A stretch of 64,000 nucleotides of DNA, from positions 416,660 through 480,659 of the forward strand of contig JAXHNJ010000002.1 of assembly GCA_034520665.1 (NCBI GenBank). The letters are read 5' to 3'. A program made the position numbers and the translations under genes. The notes under the pieces were generated by a model. The model saw nothing but the letters and a program-made list of their open reading frames with translations. It did no database searches and was not told where the DNA came from. Below, one piece after another: positions 55,476 through 64,000 of this stretch; position 1 is the first letter of the stretch, and each line of letters opens with the position of its first letter. Source of the DNA: Patescibacteria group bacterium (GTDB lineage Bacteria; Patescibacteriota; Patescibacteriia; JAXHNJ01).

Positions 55476-56911
55476 AAATGCTGATAAAAAATAAAACTTT
55501 ATTAATAATAGCTTTAGCTTTTCTTACCTTAGCTAGCGGTTTATTAATTTCATATTTTAATATATTAGCTTTAGGCATAATTTTTGCTTTATGTTTTTTT
55601 ATTTTTGGAGTTTTGTTAATTTTTAAAAATCCTTTTTACGGAGTTTTATTAATTACCTTTTTTCTGCCCTTTGAGCACCTAGGCACCTTGGAAGTCGGCC
55701 GCTTTACTTTGAAAATAAATCATATTTTTGGTCTGATTACTATTTTAGCCTGGACACTGACTATGTTAATTAGGAAAAAAGTAAAATTTGAGAAATTACC
55801 CATAGCGGTGCCTTTACTGATTTTTATAGTCATTAATATTTTATCTTTTACTCAAGCGGTTAACTTTTTCCGAGCCGTGACGGTTTTTATTTTTACGCTT
55901 TTTAGCCTCTTAATTTCTTTAGCCGTAGTTAATTTAGTCAGAAATCAAAAACATCTGGATAAATTAATCAAGGTTTTGTTTATTAGCGCTTTTATTGTTA
56001 GCCTCTTTGGTCTTTTTCAGTTTGTCGGTGATTTAATCGGTCTGCCCGAGTCAATTACTGGTTTAAGAGATTTATATACTAAAGAAGTTTTTGGTTTTCC
56101 GCGGGTACATTCCACCGCCTTGGAGCCGCTTTATTTTGCCAATTACTTAATTATTCCGATTATGCTATGTTTGGCTTTCCTATTAAGTAAGAAAAGAAAA
56201 ATAAAATGGTACTGGCTTTTGATTCTTTTAGTCTTAATGCTGACAAATTTTGTTTTGGCTTTGTCTCGGGCCGCTTATATTGCCTTGGCTTTTGCTTTTA
56301 TTTTTATTTTAATAATTTATTTTAAAAGATTTTTTTCTTTAAAAAGACTAATTATTATTTTACTAGTTTTGTTGGCGGTTTATGGTATTTTTACCCGAGT
56401 TTTTGGTTTGACCGAAGATTTTCCGCTTTATGTCGATCGTTTTGCCACTCAAGCTACTAATTTATTTAGTGGCGCCTCTTTTTCTGATCGCGCCCAAACA
56501 TTTGAAAAAGCCTGGCAAATGTTTAAAGAGCGTCCCTGGCTGGGAGTAGGTACTGGTAATTTTGGCCCTAATGTGGCTTGGTATCCTTTAGTCACTCCAC
56601 CTAGAGGTTGGTTGATTGTCAATAATATATTTTTAGAAATAATGGCGGAAACCGGCATATTTGGTTTTCTTAGTTTTATCTCTATTTTAGTTATCTTATT
56701 TTTACGCTCAATCAAGGCTTTAGTAAAAACAAAAAACAGCTATTTAAAAGCAATCATGGCCGGTCTTTTAGCCGCTTTTGTCGGGGTGATAGTTCAATAC
56801 CAGACTTTTTCTATACTTTATATTATTCACATCTGGTTTTTATTTGGCTTAATGATAGCGGTGCAGAATATAATTTTAAAAAATTCACAAAAAAATAAAG
56901 AAAGTTTATAA
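55466..56911 (+). CDS. O-antigen ligase/polymerase-like membrane protein (Wzy/WaaL family).
   Basis: About 12 TM helices with a large periplasmic loop. Length and topology fit the O-antigen ligase family. Weakly supported. Confidence 0.55.
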   Translation: MALKMLIKNKTLLIIALAFLTLASGLLISYFNILALGIIFALCFFIFGVLLIFKNPFYGVLLITFFLPFEHLGTLEVGRFTLKINHIFGLITILAWTLTMLIRKKVKFEKLPIAVPLLIFIVINILSFTQAVNFFRAVTVFIFTLFSLLISLAVVNLVRNQKHLDKLIKVLFISAFIVSLFGLFQFVGDLIGLPESITGLRDLYTKEVFGFPRVHSTALEPLYFANYLIIPIMLCLAFLLSKKRKIKWYWLLILLVLMLTNFVLALSRAAYIALAFAFIFILIIYFKRFFSLKRLIIILLVLLAVYGIFTRVFGLTEDFPLYVDRFATQATNLFSGASFSDRAQTFEKAWQMFKERPWLGVGTGNFGPNVAWYPLVTPPRGWLIVNNIFLEIMAETGIFGFLSFISILVILFLRSIKALVKTKNSYLKAIMAGLLAAFVGVIVQYQTFSILYIIHIWFLFGLMIAVQNIILKNSQKNKESL

Positions 56912-56918
56912 TTAAACT

Positions 56919-58214
56919 ATGGATTTAACAATATTAACAGTTATAGCTTTAGTTTTTTTTCTGATGATTAGTTTTAAAAGACTGAATTTTTGTTTGGGCT
57001 TTATTTTAATATTTTTACCGACTTATTTAATTAGATTTAAAATTGGCTTTGTTCCTTTTACTTTTTTGGAAATGATGATACTAATTGTCACCGCAGTTTG
57101 GTTAATAAAAATTTTAGTAAAAAAAGAGAAAGTTGATTTGGGCGGTTTTTTTCTAGTGAGTGCTTTTTTTATTTTATCGGCTTTAGTGGCTGCTTTAGTT
57201 TCCCCGGATATAGAGTCGGCTTTAGGTATATTCAAAGCTTATTTTTTGGAAGCAATTCTGTTTTTTATAGTTATGGTAAATGTGGTGAAAACGCGTAAGC
57301 AAATGAAATTTATAATTTTTTCTATGGGTGTTTCTGCTCTTTTTGTGGCTATTTTTGCTGTTTGGCAGTATTTTGGTATATTTCCTGGCCTGGAGCCCTA
57401 TATTTCTGAGAATCCCCGCCGGGCTACCTCACTTTTTGAATTTCCAACGGCTGTCGGTAAATTTCTTGGGCCGATTTTAAGTTTTTTTCTGGCTTTAATT
57501 TTTGTTAAACTACCGCGTGATTACCAAAGGCCTTTGAGTCATAAAATATATCTTTGGGGGGTAGCTTTATTTTCTGTTTTGGGTATATTATTTTCAGTCA
57601 CTCGCGGGGCTATACTGGGCCTTTTTATCGCTTTGTTATTTATCAGCTTTTTTAGTCGGCACCGCAAAAAAATATGGACTGGGCTTATAGTTTTACTTTT
57701 ATTTTTTCTAGTTTTACCCCAGGGGCGGCAAGAAATAACCAGTATTGTTTCCGGCCAGGACACTTCCACTGATGTACATATGATTATGTGGCAGGGTACC
57801 TGGCGTTTGCTTAAAGATAATCCCATAACCGGAGCTGGCTTAGCTGGCTTTCCGCAAGTTTATAATATTTACCGAGACGCGGCCCATACCGAACTTTTTC
57901 CCTATCCAGATAATTTCTTTTTAGCTGTTTGGGTTGAACTGGGTTTAGCCGGTTTGTTTGTTTTCGGCTGGCTTTTTTATAAATATATTAGAAGGTCGGT
58001 TATATTATTAAAAAGTAAAATTAGTAATTTTGATCGGCAAGTAGTAGTGGGTTTATTGTCAGTGTTTATTTATATGATGTTTCACGGACTGGTAGATACG
58101 CCATATTTTAAAAATGATTTGTCAGTGATGTTCTGGGCCTTTGTTGGTTTGTTGGTTATAACCAGTCGATTAAATTTTAATTTAACTGGACAAAAAGAGA
58201 AAAATAGTGTATAA
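56919..58214 (+). CDS. O-antigen ligase-like (Wzy_C/WaaL) membrane protein.
   Basis: TM-rich, with a periplasmic loop HMIMWQGTWRLLKDNPITGAGLAGFPQVY...AHTELF...FFLAVWVELGLAGL resembling the WaaL/Wzy_C conserved His/Arg loop. Confidence 0.6.
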   Translation: MDLTILTVIALVFFLMISFKRLNFCLGFILIFLPTYLIRFKIGFVPFTFLEMMILIVTAVWLIKILVKKEKVDLGGFFLVSAFFILSALVAALVSPDIESALGIFKAYFLEAILFFIVMVNVVKTRKQMKFIIFSMGVSALFVAIFAVWQYFGIFPGLEPYISENPRRATSLFEFPTAVGKFLGPILSFFLALIFVKLPRDYQRPLSHKIYLWGVALFSVLGILFSVTRGAILGLFIALLFISFFSRHRKKIWTGLIVLLLFFLVLPQGRQEITSIVSGQDTSTDVHMIMWQGTWRLLKDNPITGAGLAGFPQVYNIYRDAAHTELFPYPDNFFLAVWVELGLAGLFVFGWLFYKYIRRSVILLKSKISNFDRQVVVGLLSVFIYMMFHGLVDTPYFKNDLSVMFWAFVGLLVITSRLNFNLTGQKEKNSV

Positions 58215-58292
58215 TAATAGATAGCTAAACAGTGTTTTTGGGAATTCCAAAGTCAAACGGAATTCCTTTTAAATCACTTTAAAGAATAAAAA

Positions 58293-60824
58293 GTGAAAAC
58301 AAAAACAAAAAAAATTAAAATAATTATTAGTTTAGCCATTACTTTTTTGCTAACGGCTTTTTTGTTTATGGATATTGGCCAGGCTGAGGAGCCAATAGAA
58401 ACAAAAGCGGCTACTTTAAGCTTAAATAATATTAACAGTCAATCAGAATATATTTCTTCGGTTTATCAGCCCTCTTTTGATTTTAATATGCTGGGCTTTA
58501 AATGGACTGGCCAAGCTCAAATTCAGGTTAGAGCCTATCAGGACGAATGGTCAGATTGGTATTGGCTGGAAGAAATGGAACCAGGCCGGCCAGAGACAAC
58601 CAAATGGCATTTTTCTGACCCAATCTTTTTCGACCAGTCAGACTATTTTCAATTTAAAATTACGAAAGCTCAAAATATTGATTTAGAAGTAACCGCTTTA
58701 AATACTTTAAAAGAGAAGAAATTAAATTTTTTATCATTATTCTTTAAAAGTGAAAAAGCCAAAGCTGATGATATTAATTTAGACATTATTTCTAGAAGCC
58801 AGTGGGAGGAGGCTGACGAGAAATATCGTTTTGAGGGGGATACCGAGGTCTGGCCGGCAGAATATGAAAAGGTAACCAAGTTTATTATCCATCATACCGC
58901 TGGTTCAACTGGTGAGGATGACCCCAAGGCGGTAATTCGGGGAATTTATTATTGGCATGCCATTGGCCGCGACTGGGGAGATATTGGCTATAATTATTTA
59001 ATTGATACTCAGGGTAATATCTACGAAGGCCGCTTTGGCGGCGATGGAGTGATTGCTGGTCATGCTTTGGGGTATAATGATGGCACGGTCGGAATTTCTA
59101 TTTTAGGGGATTATCAGCATGGGGATGAATTAACTAATGCTTCAAAAGAAGCACTCACAAATTTAATGGCTAAAAAAGCTCAGTTTTTCGGGTTTAATCC
59201 TTCTGGCAGCAGCGAATACAAAGGAGAAAAATTAGATAATATTCTCGGCCACCGGGATGTCGGAGCGACTAGCTGTCCGGGTGATAATATTTATAACCAA
59301 TTTGATGAAATAATTAGCCAAACACAAACTAAATATGATAATCTGCCCAGCTTACCGACTCCTCAAAAGGCCGCTTCCTATCATAATCAAAGTGATGAAA
59401 GTATTGAGATTGATGTTGGAGAAGAAAAAGAAGTTTGGGTAGACTTTAAAAACCAAGGCAATACCACCTGGAAAAGCTATGTTGAAGACCAACCAAAATT
59501 AATTGTTAAAAATAATCAAGGTTTGCAGGCTTCTGACTGGCTGTCAGACGAAATAGTTACGGCTATGGATACGGCTAATGTGGCTCCGGGCCGTGTCGGG
59601 CGCTTTAAATTTAAAATTAAAGGGCCAACAGATACCATTCGGCTGGACCAGACTTTTTATTTAAAGTGGGGTGATAATGAATTAGCTTCGGCTTCAATAC
59701 ATCTGGAAGTCAGAGGTTTTGACTACGCCGCTAATAGTTTTAGCCATAATATTTTACCGGCTACTTTTCCGGGTACTGTGCGCGAAGTAACTTTATTCTA
59801 TAAAAATATCGGGCTGAAAACTTGGGAGAAAGATGATATTTATTTAAAAATAACTGATGAGAACGGTAATCAAAATCAGTATAATTATAACTGGCCGGAT
59901 AAAATCAGATTTAATCAGGACACTGTGACTAGTCAGGCTACCGCTAGTTTTACTTTTCAAATGAAAAGCCCTTCGGTCAGCCAGTATCGGCATGTTTTTA
60001 AATTATATCGTGAAAACGGAGATTTATTGGCCGGCAGCCGTCATTCAGTCAAAACCCGGGTAGACTCTACTTATCAGGCTGAGATAGTTGATCATAATGT
60101 ATCGGTAGCCATGCTTAACAGCTGGCACGTGCCAGTCACTTTAAAGTTTAAAAATATTGGTCTTCAAACTTGGGATAAAAATGTGGTTTTAAAGGTCTAT
60201 GATGGTGACTGGCGCAACAGCGCTTTTTCTCATCAGTCTTGGCCTTCTGACTGGGGAAATTTTAGTTTTCAGGAAAATAGAGTTAGATCCGGGGAAGTAG
60301 CCACTTTTAATTTAACTCTCTTCCCGCCGCCTTTAAACGGCACTTATTACACCATTTTTAAACTGGAAAAGAAAAATGACCCGAGTATAGCTATTCAGGG
60401 CGAGTTCCGGCCTTTGATCAGAGTTGATGAAAGCGGCTTAAATCTAGATAGTGGCTACAGGGCTGAGTTTCAGTCAGTTTCTGCTCCGCCGGCTTTGCTA
60501 CAATTACAGAGATTGACCACCGAAGTTAAAATAAAAAATACGGGCACGGTTACCTGGGGCTCAAACGTAGTTTTAAATATTTATGATGCGGATTATCGGG
60601 AAACTTATTTCCGCGACCAGACCTGGAATGCTTTTGAAGGGGCCATTCACGCCCAAGAGTCTTATGTTCGTCCCGGAGAAACGGCTACTTTTCGCTTTGT
60701 TTACCGAGCGCCCTGGAAAACCGGACTTTACCGCAACCGTTTTAAATTAAGTATTGAAGGCAAGGAGTATTTAGTTATTCCCGGCTCAGAAGATTCAGCT
60801 TTGACAAGGGTTGATGTGAGGTAA
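58293..60824 (+). CDS. Secreted N-acetylmuramoyl-L-alanine amidase (amidase_2/PGRP domain) followed by four roughly 120-aa beta-sandwich repeats.
   Basis: IIHHTAGSTGED...IYYWHAIGRDWGDIGYNYLIDTQGNIYEGRFGG...GHALGYNDGTVGISILGDY (amidase_2). Repeats carry FKNxGxxTW (VDFKNQGNTTW, LFYKNIGLKTW, LKFKNIGLQTW, VKIKNTGTVTW), the same repeat type as in the 50970..52871 protein. Confidence 0.75.
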   Translation: MKTKTKKIKIIISLAITFLLTAFLFMDIGQAEEPIETKAATLSLNNINSQSEYISSVYQPSFDFNMLGFKWTGQAQIQVRAYQDEWSDWYWLEEMEPGRPETTKWHFSDPIFFDQSDYFQFKITKAQNIDLEVTALNTLKEKKLNFLSLFFKSEKAKADDINLDIISRSQWEEADEKYRFEGDTEVWPAEYEKVTKFIIHHTAGSTGEDDPKAVIRGIYYWHAIGRDWGDIGYNYLIDTQGNIYEGRFGGDGVIAGHALGYNDGTVGISILGDYQHGDELTNASKEALTNLMAKKAQFFGFNPSGSSEYKGEKLDNILGHRDVGATSCPGDNIYNQFDEIISQTQTKYDNLPSLPTPQKAASYHNQSDESIEIDVGEEKEVWVDFKNQGNTTWKSYVEDQPKLIVKNNQGLQASDWLSDEIVTAMDTANVAPGRVGRFKFKIKGPTDTIRLDQTFYLKWGDNELASASIHLEVRGFDYAANSFSHNILPATFPGTVREVTLFYKNIGLKTWEKDDIYLKITDENGNQNQYNYNWPDKIRFNQDTVTSQATASFTFQMKSPSVSQYRHVFKLYRENGDLLAGSRHSVKTRVDSTYQAEIVDHNVSVAMLNSWHVPVTLKFKNIGLQTWDKNVVLKVYDGDWRNSAFSHQSWPSDWGNFSFQENRVRSGEVATFNLTLFPPPLNGTYYTIFKLEKKNDPSIAIQGEFRPLIRVDESGLNLDSGYRAEFQSVSAPPALLQLQRLTTEVKIKNTGTVTWGSNVVLNIYDADYRETYFRDQTWNAFEGAIHAQESYVRPGETATFRFVYRAPWKTGLYRNRFKLSIEGKEYLVIPGSEDSALTRVDVR

Positions 60825-60970
60825 GTTGACCGAGTTAATTAAAAGAATTAAGTTAATTGAGTTATTAGGTTTTTTTTGTTAATAAGTTATTGAAGTATCA
60901 GGTATTGAGCGATCAAGTTATTTAGATATCAGATATCTAGTGATCAAGATATTAAATTCTTTAATATAAA

Positions 60971-61000
60971 AAGCTAGCCAAATGAAAGGCTAGTTTTTTG
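60971..61000 (+). terminator. Rho-independent terminator after the amidase gene.
   Basis: AGCTAGCC-aaatgaaa-GGCTAGTT followed by TTTTTTGG. Confidence 0.55.
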
Positions 61001-61098
61001 GTAGTGTTTGTTGGACGAAATCCGAACATACTTTGAGCAAAACCCGACTAATTAAGCAGAAAATAAAAATTTGACAAATAATTGTATATTATATAACA

Positions 61099-61482
61099 TT
61101 GTTATATATGAAGAAAAAAATTATTTTAAAATCAAAGTGTGGTTATCCCGAAAGAAGATGGGTACAATTTTTGCTTTTAAGAGTTATTTATGAAAAACCG
61201 TCTTACGGCTACGAGATTATTAAAAAGACTGAAAAAATTACCGATAATTATCATAAAATTAAAACTGGCACAGCGTATACACTTTTACGAAGAATGGAAA
61301 AGGAAGGATTGCTAAAATCTGACTGGAAAAAAAATAAACAAGGGCCAAATAAGCGAATTTATACGGTTACCCCTAAAGGAAAAGGACATTTAAAAGCTTG
61401 GCTTAAAATGATTATTCAAAGAAAAAAAATGATTAATAAAATGGTTAGCTTTTATAAAAAACATTTTAGAGATAAAAATTAA
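61099..61482 (+). CDS. PadR-family transcriptional regulator.
   Basis: LLRVIYEKPSYGYEIIKKTEKITDNYHKIKTGTAYTLLRRMEKEGLLKSDW is a winged-helix PadR signature. Confidence 0.8.
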   Translation: MLYMKKKIILKSKCGYPERRWVQFLLLRVIYEKPSYGYEIIKKTEKITDNYHKIKTGTAYTLLRRMEKEGLLKSDWKKNKQGPNKRIYTVTPKGKGHLKAWLKMIIQRKKMINKMVSFYKKHFRDKN

Positions 61483-61503
61483 TTAACATTAACCAACAAA
61501 ACT

Positions 61504-61815
61504 ATGAAAAACTACAATCTAAACGAAAAAATTATTTTCTCCGATGAAAAACCGATTAAAAGGGATTTTCTTAATGCTAAAGGATTTCACGCCGCTTTGA
61601 TTTGCTTAAAATCAAGCGTGGAAATACCGCCTCATCCGGAAGATTACGGCGTGCTCTTAACCGTTCTTGAAGGTCAGGGAATTTTTACCGACATTAACGG
61701 AAAAAAGACCTTAACCAAAAATCAAAGCATTTATATGAAAAAGGACGAAATCAGAGGCATAAAGGCAATGGAAGATTTGGTCGTTTTAGGAATTCAAGAC
61801 AGGCCAAAAAATTAA
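61504..61815 (+). CDS. Small cupin-domain protein.
   Basis: 103 aa with a beta-barrel-like pattern and PPHPEDYGVLLTVLEG. Weak. Confidence 0.4.
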   Translation: MKNYNLNEKIIFSDEKPIKRDFLNAKGFHAALICLKSSVEIPPHPEDYGVLLTVLEGQGIFTDINGKKTLTKNQSIYMKKDEIRGIKAMEDLVVLGIQDRPKN

Positions 61816-61836
61816 AAATTATATTAGGTATTTAAT

Positions 61837-62787
61837 ATGAGTGCTAAAAGTAAAAACCAGAAAGCAATCGAAGTTTCTAATCTTACTAAACGATTTGAGA
61901 AACTAATAGCTGTTGATCATATCTCTTTTACAGTTGAAAAGGGAGAGATTTTTGGTTTTTTGGGTCCTAACGGGGCCGGTAAAACCACTACAATAAGGAT
62001 GTTGACCGGTTTGACAAAACCGACTGGCGGCCAAGCAAAAATTTTCGGTTTTGATATTCAAACAGAGACAATTAAGGCAAAAAGAAAAATGGGTATTGTG
62101 CCGGAAACCTCCAATGTTTACGATGACTTGTCAGCTTGGGATAATTTGATTTTTACTGCGCAACTTTACGGAATGAGAAGAAACGCGACCAACAAAAAAG
62201 CCGAGGAACTCTTAAAAATATTCGGGCTTTTTAATCGCAGAAATTACAAAGTCAAAGATTTTTCCAAGGGAATGAAAAGAAAGTTAACAATTGCCATGGG
62301 ATTGGTCAATGATCCTCAATTATTGTTTTTAGACGAACCAACTTCAGGATTGGATGTTGAAAGCGCTTTAATAATAAAAAAAACCATTAATGATTTAAGT
62401 GAGCAAGGAATTACAATTTTTTTAACCACTCATGATATTGAAGAAGCCAATAAAAATTGTGACCGGGTGGCAATCATCAATCACGGCAGGATTGCGGCTA
62501 TTGATACACCGGAAAAATTGAAAAACACCATCAAAAGTGTTCAGTCGGTAGAAGCGGCTTTTGACAAAACTATCTCTTTTAGGGATATATCTTCTTTAAA
62601 AGAGCTTCCTTTCATTGGTAAAATTGAAAAACTGGGCGATAAATACAAGATTTTCACCGACAAACCCGAAAAGACCTTATCTATTTTATGTGATTGGAGT
62701 CGAAAAAATAAATTAGAGATCATTAGCTTAAATACTTTCGGACCTAACTTGGAAGAAGTTTTTATTAAATTGACCAAAAATAAATGA
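61837..62787 (+). CDS. ABC transporter ATP-binding protein (ABC-2 exporter type).
   Basis: Walker A GPNGAGKTTT, signature FSKGMKRKL, Walker B LLFLDEPTSGLD and H-loop TTHD. Confidence 0.85.
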   Translation: MSAKSKNQKAIEVSNLTKRFEKLIAVDHISFTVEKGEIFGFLGPNGAGKTTTIRMLTGLTKPTGGQAKIFGFDIQTETIKAKRKMGIVPETSNVYDDLSAWDNLIFTAQLYGMRRNATNKKAEELLKIFGLFNRRNYKVKDFSKGMKRKLTIAMGLVNDPQLLFLDEPTSGLDVESALIIKKTINDLSEQGITIFLTTHDIEEANKNCDRVAIINHGRIAAIDTPEKLKNTIKSVQSVEAAFDKTISFRDISSLKELPFIGKIEKLGDKYKIFTDKPEKTLSILCDWSRKNKLEIISLNTFGPNLEEVFIKLTKNK

Positions 62788-63530
62788 GGAAAAAAAACAT
62801 TAAAGACAACCTTCTGGTCGCTTGGGCGATAAGTAAAAAGGACATCAAGATATATTATTTTAAGCCCGGGACGTTGATGTTCGGGATAATGTTCCCGCTG
62901 TTTATGTTTTTTGCTTTTGCTGTGGGTAGAAGCATGACGCCAGCCATCTTGATCCCAGGGTTACTTTCGTTAACGGTTTTGTTTTCCGCTTCATCAGTTG
63001 GACCAGTAGCTATTCCTACCGAGAGACGAGTTAAAACTTTTGAACGGCTTGTTTCAGCTCCAATTTCTTTATATGCCATAATTTTAGGCAAGGCTTTGGG
63101 CGGAGTTTTGTTCAGTTTGTTTGTTAGTCTGGTTACCTTATTGGGCGCTTGGGCGTTTTTGGGTGTAGTGATTGCCAATCCTCTAATTTTAGCTTTAGGC
63201 TTGGCTTTAGCTTCTTTGTGTTTTTCTTTATTGGGGATTATGTTTGCCATGTTTCCGACAGAAAATCCAGGTAATGTTATGATGGTGCTGAACTTTATTC
63301 GTCTCCCCTTGATGTTTATCAGTGGTATTTTTATTCCGATAGAAACCTTGCCTTCTTGGGGTAAGCTGGTCTCTTTTTTATCGCCTTTAACCTACGCAAA
63401 CGACTTGTTTAGATTTGGAATAGAAGGAAAAGCCCAATTGGATTTAGTCGTTAATTTTATAATTTTGCTTATTTTTGCCGGGATATTTCTTTTTATCGGT
63501 ATCCGGCTGGACAAAAAATTTCGCCAATAA
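62784..63530 (+). CDS. ABC-2 family transporter permease.
   Basis: Six TM helices. Its start overlaps the ATPase stop (ATGA). This is a PadR-ABC2 efflux/immunity-type arrangement. Confidence 0.75.
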   Translation: MRKKNIKDNLLVAWAISKKDIKIYYFKPGTLMFGIMFPLFMFFAFAVGRSMTPAILIPGLLSLTVLFSASSVGPVAIPTERRVKTFERLVSAPISLYAIILGKALGGVLFSLFVSLVTLLGAWAFLGVVIANPLILALGLALASLCFSLLGIMFAMFPTENPGNVMMVLNFIRLPLMFISGIFIPIETLPSWGKLVSFLSPLTYANDLFRFGIEGKAQLDLVVNFIILLIFAGIFLFIGIRLDKKFRQ

Positions 63531-64000
63531 ATTTTTAGTATAAACAATGAAATATCCAAGCCAATAAAAATTTTGTGTATTATAAGTTTTGTCGTGCTTG
63601 CCCTTACTTCTATTCCTTTATTAATTGTGTATCTGAAAGGAGGCACTTCAAAATATTCTTTTATCGTGGATTTGCATGTCTGGGTAGGAGTGGTTTTTAT
63701 TGTTTGCGCTTTAATCAGAATAATACTGAATATGAAAATTCGTTTAAAAAATAAAATATGAAAAAATTTCATTATTTAAATTGAATAATGCGTGCATTTT
63801 TTATTATTTTACCGTATCAACATATTTATATAAATCCTTAGTCAGAGCCCACCAGAGAGAGGTTTTAGTTACCGAGGGTTCCAAGCCAGGAGTATCAGCA
63901 GGAATGGTTAAGACGCCATTATCAACTTTAGTATAAATATATTTTCCCGAAGAGAATAAAGCCACATAATAGGGAAGATCTGGTTTGAGATTAGACAAAA

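Noticed and set aside
63573-63998. 62-aa plus-strand small hydrophobic ORF and a 64-aa minus-strand ORF touching the window end.
   Set aside because: Too short or truncated, without recognisable motifs. The minus-strand one may be the tail of a gene continuing past 64000, but this cannot be judged from the window.

Overview
The window is AT-rich (about 30-33% GC), gene-dense bacterial DNA with short genes and many lysine-rich protein tails. This resembles a streamlined Candidate Phyla Radiation (Patescibacteria)-type genome, which is an inference from composition and gene content only. It spans the chromosomal replication-origin neighbourhood, with rpmH-rnpA-yidD-yidC on one side and dnaA-dnaN-DUF721 on the other. 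It also carries housekeeping genes: tyrS, valS, ruvC, ruvB, queA, tsaD, tsaE, PBP1A, pilB, an ECF sigma factor and hsp20. A storage-polysaccharide cluster contains GH15, two glgA copies, two GH57 paralogs, a tandem-duplicated APH-like kinase and a GalT-like HIT enzyme, but no glgC. A cell-envelope cluster contains an S8 protease with FG-GAP repeats, SpoIID/LytB, Wzx, GT2, two O-antigen-ligase-like proteins and an amidase_2. The SpoIID/LytB protein and the amidase share a repeated domain. Three tandem GT-C-like membrane proteins sit at the 5' end of the window. The most striking anomalies are two. First, a roughly 4.1 kb GC-rich segment (about 50% GC) encodes a long single-chain PurL/FGAM synthase and sits at the 3' end of queA, bracketed by 47-bp direct repeats of the queA terminus, so it looks like an acquired insertion. 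Second, a promoter-driven tRNA-Glu(UUC) locus has its leader and 5' tRNA portion present three times in tandem; the first two copies carry structured GC-rich inserts and only the last completes a tRNA. Other candidates are a GC-rich structured leader upstream of valS, a promoter-plus-terminator-bounded sRNA candidate beside the purL island, and several shared intergenic motifs.
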